This document shows positions 50,474 to 59,306 of a stretch of 64,000 bases of DNA, piece after piece (within the stretch, counting starts at the first letter, position 1; every line of letters begins with the position of its first letter). Source of the DNA: a virus (Duplodnaviria > Caudoviricetes). The notes beneath the pieces are model-generated. The model saw only the letters and a program-made list of their open reading frames with translations. It was not told where the DNA came from and did not search any database. A program made the position numbers and the translations under genes. The stretch is taken from the IMG/VR virus record IMGVR_UViG_3300028280_000187; one strand, given 5' to 3'.

Positions 50474-51354
50474 TATAACTTAACTAAACTATCAATACCA
50501 TCTTCAAGAGTTTCGGTAGCAGTGAATCCGATGTTTCTAATTTTTGAATAGTCAACAAAATAGTCTCTGCCATCTTTATCGTGAGATAATTCATCGTTAA
50601 TAATTAATTCATAATCGACTTTGCTTTTAATAATTTGTGCAATGTCTAACTTAGTATGATTTAATGTTTCATCACCGACATTCCATATCTCGCCTTTCAT
50701 AATATCGTATTTCTCTAACGCCCATCTGAATGAACGTGCCAAGTCGTTAATGCTTAAGAAAGTACGTTTGAAGTGCTTTTCAAATAAGACCAATTTCTTT
50801 TCAGCTATTGCTTTGTAAGTAAAGTCATTAACAAGTAAGTCTTGTCTTAATCTATTACTCACACCAAATGCAGTTGCTGGTCTTAGTATAACCGCATCAG
50901 TTCCTTCTAATTTCTTTTCACCATCAAGTTTGTAAACACTGTATGTACTGATTGGATTAGTCTCACATGTTTCGTCACATGTCTTGCCTAACTCACCGTA
51001 TACACTTCCTGTACTTGCATATACAAAAGGCTTATCAATAGAAGCATCAATAACTCTATTAGTTCCTTCTACATTAATTCTGTATGCTAAGTCTGGTTCA
51101 CGTTCACATGCAGGATATCCTACAATGCCTGCTAGATGTATTACTGCATCTGCACTTTTTAGAATAGGCTCAACTGCTGGATCACAGATATCCATCTTAT
51201 GTAGATGAAATCCTTTTCTATCTAAGATATTTAATATAGGTTGTACCCCATACTTTAACCAATCTATACAAATAACTTCATGTCCGTTATTCAGTAATTG
51301 TTCACTTAATCTACAACCAACATATCCTGCCCCGCCTGTTATTGCAATTTTCAT
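50461..51354 (-). CDS. NAD-dependent NDP-sugar epimerase/dehydratase/reductase
   Basis: ITGGAGYVG, HLAGIVG, ASTGSVYG, YSVYK (YxxxK). Confidence 0.92.
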   Translation of the reverse strand: MKIAITGGAGYVGCRLSEQLLNNGHEVICIDWLKYGVQPILNILDRKGFHLHKMDICDPAVEPILKSADAVIHLAGIVGYPACEREPDLAYRINVEGTNRVIDASIDKPFVYASTGSVYGELGKTCDETCETNPISTYSVYKLDGEKKLEGTDAVILRPATAFGVSNRLRQDLLVNDFTYKAIAEKKLVLFEKHFKRTFLSINDLARSFRWALEKYDIMKGEIWNVGDETLNHTKLDIAQIIKSKVDYELIINDELSHDKDGRDYFVDYSKIRNIGFTATETLEDGIDSLVKLYHAA

Positions 51355-51941
51355 TTTATGTTCTCCTTGAATAATTTATAATCTTCTAAGTAATATTCCT
51401 TAATTTGTGCTTTATATTTTTTTAATTGTAATTTTAATTCTTCTTTCTGTTTAGAAATATCATTATAACGTGTTGTATTTTGAATGGTCTCTAATACATT
51501 ATCTATATGTTTATGTCCTATAGGTCTTATGTTGTCTGCATCTATATAATGCAAAGGTACATCTTCAAGCCCTTCTAAAAAACTACACTGAGTTTTCATG
51601 TGAACATCGTCTTCCCTGTTACTTAACCACCATTCTATGCTTTCTTCTATTGTACAATTATATATTTTTGATACTACTGATAGCTGTCCTAAAAATCGTT
51701 CACTAGGGTATCGTATAAATGTATAACCTGTATAAGAAAGTGTCCATGAATCATTTTTTGGCAGTGATACAAGTTTATAATCATATTGTTCTGCTATATT
51801 GAACAAGAAACTTGAACTAGCATTTCTCCAAATAGGAACAAAGTACGTATGGTGTTTATGATTTATCCATATGGCGTCTTCCCATAACTTGACTGACCCG
51901 TTCTGTGCAATCACTTCTTTGGCAGTATATTCTCTAATCAT
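51351..51941 (-). CDS. Sulfotransferase family 2-like protein
   Basis: FVPIWRNASSS (5'-PSB-like), TFIRYPSERF (3'-PB-like), H.KTQ..F, Y.EDYKLF. Confidence 0.6.
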   Translation of the reverse strand: MIREYTAKEVIAQNGSVKLWEDAIWINHKHHTYFVPIWRNASSSFLFNIAEQYDYKLVSLPKNDSWTLSYTGYTFIRYPSERFLGQLSVVSKIYNCTIEESIEWWLSNREDDVHMKTQCSFLEGLEDVPLHYIDADNIRPIGHKHIDNVLETIQNTTRYNDISKQKEELKLQLKKYKAQIKEYYLEDYKLFKENIK

Positions 51942-53124
51942 CTGATTTATTTTCTGCAATATGTACTATGGGCATTGCAAATAACATTCTACCGCCTTGC
52001 TCAATCCATTCACTTTCTTTTTCTGTAAACATATCTTTAAACCCAAAGTTAGGAACAAAGAACAAGTCTGCATCTTTCTTTGCATCATCTTCGTGTACAA
52101 TGGGTATACCTGTGCCGACTGTGAATCTGCCTACTTTGTCTGGATGTATTTCTGCCGCACCATCAAACAACCCATGTAGTTTCCAAAATTGCAACATTGT
52201 ATTTCCTTTTGTACTAGCGCCGTAAACATAATTCTTACCGCCGTTTTTCTTGTTGTCTGTCAATACGGTTCTTAATAACGCACCGTTGCGTTCTACATCA
52301 TTAAAGAATGTTTTCAATGAAGATAAGTCTTCGTAGTGTTCAATACTGCCTTCATTCTTTTTTCTAGCCCACAGTTGATAACTACCGCCTTGTATATCGT
52401 TCTCTACTACTTTGTAAATCTCAAGACCATTAGTTTCATATAATTCTACAAGACTTTTATAGCTGTAGTATTCTAAATGTTCATGACATACATTGCCTAA
52501 GTCTTTCATTTTAAGCATAGGAGCAAGTGTCATTAACTGAGCAATAAAAATGCCATCATCGGTCATCGCCTCATTTACGCTATAAATGAAATCATTTGGA
52601 TTATCCATATCATAAAACATACCAATAGCAGTAATAACTTTTGCTTTCTTACCTTGCATCAGTTTGTAATGCCACATGTCATTAATTGTTGCTTCGCAAT
52701 TCTTTACTAACTTCTTAATTAGATTAGGTGCTGGTTCGCATCCTATCCTATATCTATCTGAGTTAACTGCACTAAGTAGTGTACCGTCATTTGCACCGAT
52801 ATCTAATACAACATCACCTTTAGTAGTGTTGTCATTTATATATCCTGCAATGTCGAATAGGTTATCTTTTAGTTTCTTGTTAAGTCCACTTTCATACCAA
52901 TAGTGTTCACCATATAATACTTTTGGATTAACTGTATGTCTAAGTTGAACCAAATCACAATTCACACATTGGTCCAGAACCATGGGCGCTTCTCCCGGAG
53001 TATGATTTGGGTCTAAAGGAAAATCATTTATGTGTATAGAACCAAAGTCTACAACCTTTTTAACCTCAGAACCACAAACTCTACAGTCCGTTCGTTCATT
53101 TATAATCATAGGATAATTACTCAT
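51934..53124 (-). CDS. NDP-hexose 3-C-methyltransferase (Zn-binding)
   Basis: CRVCGS and C..C Zn site, LDIGANDG, HEHLEYY, YGASTKGN. Confidence 0.9.
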   Translation of the reverse strand: MSNYPMIINERTDCRVCGSEVKKVVDFGSIHINDFPLDPNHTPGEAPMVLDQCVNCDLVQLRHTVNPKVLYGEHYWYESGLNKKLKDNLFDIAGYINDNTTKGDVVLDIGANDGTLLSAVNSDRYRIGCEPAPNLIKKLVKNCEATINDMWHYKLMQGKKAKVITAIGMFYDMDNPNDFIYSVNEAMTDDGIFIAQLMTLAPMLKMKDLGNVCHEHLEYYSYKSLVELYETNGLEIYKVVENDIQGGSYQLWARKKNEGSIEHYEDLSSLKTFFNDVERNGALLRTVLTDNKKNGGKNYVYGASTKGNTMLQFWKLHGLFDGAAEIHPDKVGRFTVGTGIPIVHEDDAKKDADLFFVPNFGFKDMFTEKESEWIEQGGRMLFAMPIVHIAENKSDD

Positions 53125-53500
53125 TAGTATCTACCCTAGTCAAAGGCTCATCACAGTCGTCCCATTTCTTCGTTATGAGTGCGATTGCTTTTGAGTCTGA
53201 TGTTGGATAGAATGTATGAGGTGTCAGTCTAGGAATAAAGATACAGTCTCCTGTTGCAACGGGAGTTACTAATTCTTTTCCTTCTGATAACTCAGTATAC
53301 ACACCGCTTCCTTCTACAAACATAATGTATTCATCAAACTCTTTGTGTAGATGATGTCCTCTCACAGAACCTTTTAGAGTTACTATATAACTCCATTCTT
53401 TAATATCAGTTGTTTGAGGATAGTATGTGCTTATTATACCTCTGCCATCTTTAACTGTTATTGGATTGATATCTGGGTCTAGTTTAATAATTCTTTTCAT
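53117..53500 (-). CDS. Cupin, NDP-sugar isomerase/epimerase-like (FdtA/WxcM/RmlC type)
   Basis: DGRG, VRGHHLHK..DE, IP...PH motifs. Confidence 0.7.
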   Translation of the reverse strand: MKRIIKLDPDINPITVKDGRGIISTYYPQTTDIKEWSYIVTLKGSVRGHHLHKEFDEYIMFVEGSGVYTELSEGKELVTPVATGDCIFIPRLTPHTFYPTSDSKAIALITKKWDDCDEPLTRVDTNE

Positions 53501-53527
53501 ATTTTAATTCTCTATTAACTACATACT

Positions 53528-53535
53528 TATTTATC
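53528..53535 (-). promoter_or_regulatory. Putative late promoter GATAAATA for the minus-strand sugar operon
   Basis: tatttatc on the plus strand, 27 nt upstream of ATG 53500 and just downstream of a terminator. Confidence 0.7.
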
Positions 53536-53538
53536 TAT

Positions 53539-53565
53539 AAAAAAAGCCCGACATTGAGCCGGGCT
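53539..53565 (-). terminator. Intrinsic terminator after the FG-GAP gene
   Basis: AGCCCG/CGGGCT stem followed by a T7 run on the minus strand. Confidence 0.8.
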
Positions 53566-53590
53566 AATTTAGTTTAAAAATAGTTAATTA

Positions 53591-55348
53591 TTAGAAATCT
53601 GACTTATATTTCCAATAGCCTCCAGGCGCCATCATATCAGCATCTGGGAATCCTGTGAACTTTCTGTTCTGTCCACCGTACTCGCTTTTGTAAAAGTCAA
53701 CCCATTCATTCTCCCATGCTTGGTAAGGAGATACTTTCTTAAACTCTAAGTTACCTTGATTTACAAAGAACCAACCACTATGCACATCTTGAGGAGATCC
53801 TTGGCACATAATATCCATCAGCCCATCATTGTTTACATCAATCAAAACATTTCTCGTACAAAATGAGTTGTATGCATTTGTTTCCATGTTGATGCCTTTC
53901 TTAAATCCTTTTCTTGTTTTAACAAAGTCAGGAGAAGGAATAAGTGGAGTTTGGTCTGCGACAGTAAAGTTACCTTTGCCATCATTAGCCCAAATAGTTG
54001 TTGTACCACCAACATATAGTGGACCAATATTTGAACCTGCGATATCTACATCGCCATCATTATCAAAGTCCCATGATACTGGACCAATAACATCAGTTAA
54101 CAAGAACCCAGAACCAAAGATATCATTTGCTGATTCCATAGAAGTTCTTTTCTTCTTGCCGAAATAACCTGAACTATCACCAAATAGAATTACAGTTTGT
54201 TGTTGAGGCAAAGAACTATCGTGCTTGTAAGCTGGACTCTGATGCCATCCGCCTGATGCCATTAAGTCTACATGTCCATCACCGTTGTAATCACCTGTTG
54301 TAAGAGCATGAGCCCACTGGTCACCGCATTTCTTTACAGTAAAAATACCTTTACCATCATTCACATGACACCAGATATTACCACCACCTTTAGACCTAGA
54401 CCATTGCACATCTGATACGATAACATCAATGTCACCATCGTTGTCAATATCTGCCGCAGTGGCACCGTGACTAAAGTTATGGAATGTTCCGTTCTTATCT
54501 ATCTTCACACCCTTTTCAGCAGTTTCTATCCATTGTCCTTTTCCATTAGAAAGAAATACTAAGTCAGCGCCTCCGTACTGATGTTTGCCATTGACTTTGG
54601 CTTTATATGCACTAGGAGAATAGATATCATCAATACCGTCACCATTGAAGTCTGCCGTAATAGTTCTAATACTATTCCTTGGCGAGACATGATTATTTAC
54701 AACGATTTGTTCTACTAAATCTTTTCTACTCATGCTACCAATTTCAAACAATGCGAAAGGGAGTCTTTGTTGTATGTCTGACATTTTTTCGTCACCACAC
54801 TTCCAAGTACCAATGTTACCATCTGATTCAAATTTACCTCTACATTGATTATGTAGTTCGAACCCCATTACTAAGTCAGGAGTATTGTCGCCATTAAGAT
54901 TTGCGAATGCACCAGTAATAGTCCAGAAGATTTCTTGATTATCTCCTTGATATTCTCTCATGTAAAAATCACCTGGTAGAAAGTATCTTTTTGTTCTCCA
55001 TGTTCCCGGAGATACCATGTTGTCAGGAGAAATATAATTACCAAATGTTGTAATCATACCATTCTTTTTTTGTGTTTCAAAATCTAATGCAGGCATTTCT
55101 GACACTGCTAGTTTCAAATCTGTAATCTCATTAGCATCTATTGTGCCGTCAAATACTTTGCCACTATCAGCATAGAAATTTTCTATAGCCGTTGTTGTAA
55201 GATTTCCAGTTAACCCATCTGTTGGGCCTGCTTGATAGCCTAACTGATTAAGCATCTGTTGACTAGCCATTACATTGGGTGATGCAAATGACATTGTACC
55301 TATAGCTACAACCATTGATGTAGTAGCAAGTAACTTTTTCATATTCAT
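53591..55348 (-). CDS. Secreted protein: signal peptide, peptidoglycan-binding domain and FG-GAP/VCBS repeats
   Basis: MKKLLA..signal; QQMLNQLGY..G..DG..G..T..AI..F (PG_binding_1); repeats DFNGDGIDDI, DIDNDGDIDV, DYNGDGHVDL, DFDNDGDVDI, DVNNDGLMDI. Confidence 0.85.
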   Translation of the reverse strand: MNMKKLLATTSMVVAIGTMSFASPNVMASQQMLNQLGYQAGPTDGLTGNLTTTAIENFYADSGKVFDGTIDANEITDLKLAVSEMPALDFETQKKNGMITTFGNYISPDNMVSPGTWRTKRYFLPGDFYMREYQGDNQEIFWTITGAFANLNGDNTPDLVMGFELHNQCRGKFESDGNIGTWKCGDEKMSDIQQRLPFALFEIGSMSRKDLVEQIVVNNHVSPRNSIRTITADFNGDGIDDIYSPSAYKAKVNGKHQYGGADLVFLSNGKGQWIETAEKGVKIDKNGTFHNFSHGATAADIDNDGDIDVIVSDVQWSRSKGGGNIWCHVNDGKGIFTVKKCGDQWAHALTTGDYNGDGHVDLMASGGWHQSPAYKHDSSLPQQQTVILFGDSSGYFGKKKRTSMESANDIFGSGFLLTDVIGPVSWDFDNDGDVDIAGSNIGPLYVGGTTTIWANDGKGNFTVADQTPLIPSPDFVKTRKGFKKGINMETNAYNSFCTRNVLIDVNNDGLMDIMCQGSPQDVHSGWFFVNQGNLEFKKVSPYQAWENEWVDFYKSEYGGQNRKFTGFPDADMMAPGGYWKYKSDF

Positions 55349-55379
55349 AATTAACCTCTCTATTGTTGATTATGTATAT

Positions 55380-55407
55380 ACTATAACACGATTCGATAGT
55401 TTGTCAA
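55380..55407 (-). promoter_or_regulatory. Early sigma70 promoter with GANTC in spacer
   Basis: TTGACA-AACTATCGAATCGTGT-TATAGT. Confidence 0.85.
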
Positions 55408-55411
55408 GTTT

Positions 55412-56194
55412 TTAGCTATTATTTTTTCTTTGTATGTCTGTTTCTTCACATAATTCACCATATTGTACTTCAATTATGTGTGCTGGTTCATCACCGATAT
55501 TTGTTGTTTTATGCCAGCATTCCTTAGGTATTAAGAATGTGTCATGTGGACGCAGATAGATTGCTTCTTTTTTCTTACCAAATTCTAGTTCAATCATGAT
55601 ATCTCCTTCTAAGACATACCAATATTCGTTTCTATATCTATGTTTCTGATTTGATAAACTCTTGCGTGGGTTGATAACTAGTTCTTTGACTTTTTGCCCA
55701 ACCTTAGGTTGCTTATCATCAAGTACTCGCCAGTAGCCCCATGTTCTATGTGTTCTCTGTGTTTTCCAATCATCAAGTATCCAACTACTAGAGTTACGTT
55801 TGTTTGTACCACCTACACCAAATTCAAATCTGACCCATGGCATTTCTGCGTATTGTTTGTATTCGGGTGTTGTAGCATTACCTCTATCTCCGCCATTTGC
55901 GAATATAAACTTAGTACCAATTGGATACATAGATTGTATCTTGTATAATGCGTAACTGGCTGTATCGTCACTATCATCAAAGTCAATAACCTTGTCAACT
56001 ACTTCTAGTGCTTCGATGATTGCTTTGCGTTCAGCAAAGTTCATAAATGCTCTGCCTTTTTTACGGGTAAGCCATTCGTCTGAATTTATCCCTACGACTA
56101 ATTCATCACCGAGTTCTTTTGCTGATTTAAAATACTCTATATGTCCAGAGTGTAGTGGGTCGAACCCACCCGTTACTAAAACTACTTCTTTCAT
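55412..56194 (-). CDS. Cytidylyltransferase-family nucleotidyltransferase fused to a type II mannose-6-phosphate isomerase-like cupin
   Basis: TGGFDPLHSGH (HxGH), NSDEWL.RKKG, FANGGDR, K.NSSS; then R.WG.WRVL, LS.QKH..R.E.W, IIEVQYG..C.E.DI.R. Confidence 0.88.
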   Translation of the reverse strand: MKEVVLVTGGFDPLHSGHIEYFKSAKELGDELVVGINSDEWLTRKKGRAFMNFAERKAIIEALEVVDKVIDFDDSDDTASYALYKIQSMYPIGTKFIFANGGDRGNATTPEYKQYAEMPWVRFEFGVGGTNKRNSSSWILDDWKTQRTHRTWGYWRVLDDKQPKVGQKVKELVINPRKSLSNQKHRYRNEYWYVLEGDIMIELEFGKKKEAIYLRPHDTFLIPKECWHKTTNIGDEPAHIIEVQYGELCEETDIQRKNNS

Positions 56195-56240
56195 GTTAAT
56201 ACTTATCTTCTTGGGATTTAGTAATTTGTATACGTTTGAA

Positions 56241-56624
56241 TTATTTACTTGAGTATATTTCTTCAAACTTGCTTTCTCTGTCTAAGAATTTATATTCTAC
56301 TTTCGTAGGTTCCATTACTTCTAAGAAAGGTAGAACCTGATTAGGATCCATTTCAGAACAAGTATATACATCTAACTGACACAATGCAGGACTCACTTCG
56401 TCCCATATATGCATAGCGATATGTGATGTTTCTATAATTGCAAAGGCTGTTAACCCTCTGTTGCCTTCCATCTTACAATACGTGGCAGTAGGACCATACA
56501 TCGGTTTCATGCCGATTGCTTTAATCATCTTTCGCAAATACTTAATTGCCTTATTTTTATTTTGTAAAGGCTTATTAACCTCTGCACGAATTAATAGGTG
56601 CTTGTGTACTAGTAACTTATTCAT
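56241..56624 (-). CDS. speD: S-adenosylmethionine decarboxylase proenzyme
   Basis: HKHL, IIETSHIAMHIW (pyruvoyl-forming Ser in the SH motif), LDVYTC. Confidence 0.88.
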   Translation of the reverse strand: MNKLLVHKHLLIRAEVNKPLQNKNKAIKYLRKMIKAIGMKPMYGPTATYCKMEGNRGLTAFAIIETSHIAMHIWDEVSPALCQLDVYTCSEMDPNQVLPFLEVMEPTKVEYKFLDRESKFEEIYSSK

Positions 56625-56632
56625 AATCGTAT

Positions 56633-56737
56633 TTAGTCTTTCATTGGTGGTTCTTCATTATTCCATAAGACAAGCATTAAAATAATGCCGGCAAATATAC
56701 CGGCAGTAAGTAATAAGGATATAAGTATAGGACTCAT
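56633..56737 (-). CDS. 34-aa single-pass membrane peptide (below ORF track cutoff)
   Basis: MSPILISLLLTAGIFAGIILMLVLWNNEEPPMKD; ATGA overlap with the upstream stop. Confidence 0.55.
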   Translation of the reverse strand: MSPILISLLLTAGIFAGIILMLVLWNNEEPPMKD

Positions 56738-57534
56738 ATAGCTTTAACGTAATTTAATCTTGTCTCTGCAATGTGGTCTTGATTCCAAACAGTACCGTGG
56801 CTTTTTACTTTAGCACTAATTGTAAAATCTTTATCAACTTCCCATATTTCTTTTGTACTAAAGAAACTAATACGGTTGCCGTCACTAGTGATAGCTGATA
56901 CATTTAGTCCTGGATAACTCTGACTACTGTTTGCTTTGAGAACAGTAATGTCTGCGAACACAAGTCCATCTTTGCGGGTTGATGTTAAGTGTACTGAATT
57001 TTCACTACGGTCAGTAACTTCCCGTTCCCATACTTTTTTAACTGCATAAGTCGGTAGATAAGCGGCAACACCCCAATATTGCTTTGGTAATTTATCTGTA
57101 GTTGCAAGAATAGTTGCAATGCCACTTTCAAATTCATTCATGTTCTCTGACATAATCTTAAACATGAAATCCATTTCAAGTTCTTTAATAATTTCTTTTG
57201 CCGCATTCATATGCTTTGGTTGTATTAAGTGTGGATAAAGATGCAACACGCCGACTAGAATTTCTTTGTTAGGTAATTTCATTTGTAGATAACGACTACC
57301 CTCTGGAGTCTCGGCAAAACTATAAACTCCTTGGTCAACTTTTATATACTCACCTTCATTCATTTCGTTTGCAACTAGGGATGCCGCAATAACAGTTTCA
57401 CGGTTCCAACCATTTTCTTCACGTTCCTTAATATCTTTATAGTCAACGCCCGAGTTGTCTAGTTGAAAGTTGTACTTGTGATGATAGAGTACGTTACGTT
57501 CAAAATGAGTGTGCTTATCACCTACATGTTCCAT
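56734..57534 (-). CDS. Hypothetical protein with possible C-terminal OB-like fold
   Basis: AGAGG SD before ATG 57534; C-terminal 'I.AKVK.H....ETRLNYVK' pattern. Confidence 0.65.
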   Translation of the reverse strand: MEHVGDKHTHFERNVLYHHKYNFQLDNSGVDYKDIKEREENGWNRETVIAASLVANEMNEGEYIKVDQGVYSFAETPEGSRYLQMKLPNKEILVGVLHLYPHLIQPKHMNAAKEIIKELEMDFMFKIMSENMNEFESGIATILATTDKLPKQYWGVAAYLPTYAVKKVWEREVTDRSENSVHLTSTRKDGLVFADITVLKANSSQSYPGLNVSAITSDGNRISFFSTKEIWEVDKDFTISAKVKSHGTVWNQDHIAETRLNYVKAI

Positions 57535-57567
57535 ACTATATACCTCTGCTGAATTAATCATAATATT

Positions 57568-57595
57568 ATATTAACACCTTTTTCATAGTTGTCAA
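57568..57595 (-). promoter_or_regulatory. Early sigma70 promoter (no GANTC)
   Basis: TTGACA-ACTATGAAAAAGGTGT-TAATAT. Confidence 0.6.
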
Positions 57596-57597
57596 GT

Positions 57598-57996
57598 TTA
57601 TGGGTGTAGCGGAAACAAACCCAAGATTGCATTAATAACCGGATCATCCTTATCACCAAATACATAACCACATGTATCAAGTGGTATGTGATGCACTACG
57701 TCTCCGTCTTGAATAGGATATGTTGGGTCGTGTACTATTCCACAATGTGATAGATGTTTCTCTGCCATCATAATAGAAGATTGTAATTGGGCTTCATTGA
57801 CACTTAGAACAAGAACTGTTCCGAAACCCTGCGTAGTCTCATTAGACCACATATTAAACAATTCGTAATCAATCATTCCTCCCTCTTTTATATTGTGAAC
57901 AAACTGATTACTGGCATGTGATGCCTGCGCCATTGCTTTACCAGGGTTAAGACTATCTAAGTCATTACGCATTAGTATATAAAGTACCGGTGTCAT
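57598..57996 (-). CDS. Peptidyl-tRNA hydrolase type 2 (Pth2-like)
   Basis: YILMRNDL.S.NPGKAMAQASHA signature, W...G..VLVL. Confidence 0.75.
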   Translation of the reverse strand: MTPVLYILMRNDLDSLNPGKAMAQASHASNQFVHNIKEGGMIDYELFNMWSNETTQGFGTVLVLSVNEAQLQSSIMMAEKHLSHCGIVHDPTYPIQDGDVVHHIPLDTCGYVFGDKDDPVINAILGLFPLHP

Positions 57997-58019
57997 TTAG
58001 ATTCCCTTTTAACTACGAA

Positions 58020-58057
58020 CATAAATATAGTATATAGTGATTCGAACTATTTGTCAA
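58020..58057. promoter_or_regulatory. Overlapping promoters: minus-strand early promoter with GANTC and plus-strand late-like CATAAATA
   Basis: Minus: TTGACA-AATAGTTCGAATCACTA-TATACT (58057-58029); plus: CATAAATA 58020-58027. Confidence 0.7.
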
Positions 58058-58067
58058 GGAATTTAAT

Positions 58068-59306
58068 ATGAGCAAAGACTGGTTACCAAAGCATAAGAAA
58101 CTACAGCGATGGCAATATATGCGGGTAGATGATTGGGATGCTGAATGGAAAGCTCCAATGAGTGATTTTGAATTAGGGTTTTGGACAGTGAATGGATTTC
58201 ATACGTTAGAAGATTCTCATGAACCCATTACAGACTTAAGACCGTCAATACCTAGGCTAACGGGTATAATAGACTACGACACTCAAATAGGATGGCAAGT
58301 TGCTGAACCACCTGGAAAAAACCCGTACTGGTATTCTAATTGGAACGGTAGCGACCATCCAAAAAGATTTGATGATATGGCTTCTGTTATACCTGAAGGT
58401 TGGCGTTGGCATAACCAAAAAATAAAATACCGCAACAACAAGCAAGGCTTTCGATGTAATAAAGATTTTGATGAAATTGATTGGAAGAATAGTTATGTCA
58501 TAACTGGCTGTTCGCATATTTATGGTATAGGACAACAACTGAATGAAACTATCGGAGAAATGATTAGTGAAAAAATTAAAGCACCAGTTATCAATCTCGC
58601 AATCGGTGGAACAGGCAACGGAGTTATATTACATAACTTAGTTCATTTAATTCGCAAGTATGGTAAACCAAAAGGCATATTCGTCTATTGGACATACCCA
58701 ACTAGGTTCACACGGGTTCTTGGTTATGTAAAAGAAACTAAGGATGCATGGGGAATTGATATATCTCGTACTTGGTTACGTAGAGATATATTACCCGGAA
58801 CAGACACACCAACAAATATAATAGAACCAGGTGAAAAAGTTGGACCGCTGATGAGAGAATTAGTTATTCCAGATGTAGATATGGTAAGCAATTCTAGGAG
58901 TTTCTATCAAAGAACCATAGCACAAGAAACGTTGTTTGCTATAATGGGTGAAGAAAATGTATATCAACTACGTTGTGATAATCCCGGAAAAGTAACAGAA
59001 GAAGATGATCCTATCGATACAGATTTAACTACTATGTGTCCTAGCTGGACACATGATGTAATAAGAAATTGTATACAGATACCAAAACACCAAGCAGACA
59101 CAACACTGCCGTGGGAAGAATTTAATAACAGTGATGGCTCATTAAGTGATGCACAACTCTATGTATTAAATAAAATAAAAGCCAGAGATATAGGAGCGTA
59201 TGAGCCTGAAGGTAACGGACCTATAGGCGGACATTGGGGTCCCATAATGAATAAAAAAGTTGCATTAAGGTTTGTTAAAAAATGGAGACACATAAATGAA
59301 GGGTAA
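58068..59306 (+). CDS. SGNH-like hydrolase/acyltransferase, paralog of the next gene
   Basis: YRNNKQGFR, GCSHIYGIG, NLAIGG, W..PTR, ARD...GHWGP..N. Confidence 0.6.
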   Translation: MSKDWLPKHKKLQRWQYMRVDDWDAEWKAPMSDFELGFWTVNGFHTLEDSHEPITDLRPSIPRLTGIIDYDTQIGWQVAEPPGKNPYWYSNWNGSDHPKRFDDMASVIPEGWRWHNQKIKYRNNKQGFRCNKDFDEIDWKNSYVITGCSHIYGIGQQLNETIGEMISEKIKAPVINLAIGGTGNGVILHNLVHLIRKYGKPKGIFVYWTYPTRFTRVLGYVKETKDAWGIDISRTWLRRDILPGTDTPTNIIEPGEKVGPLMRELVIPDVDMVSNSRSFYQRTIAQETLFAIMGEENVYQLRCDNPGKVTEEDDPIDTDLTTMCPSWTHDVIRNCIQIPKHQADTTLPWEEFNNSDGSLSDAQLYVLNKIKARDIGAYEPEGNGPIGGHWGPIMNKKVALRFVKKWRHINEG

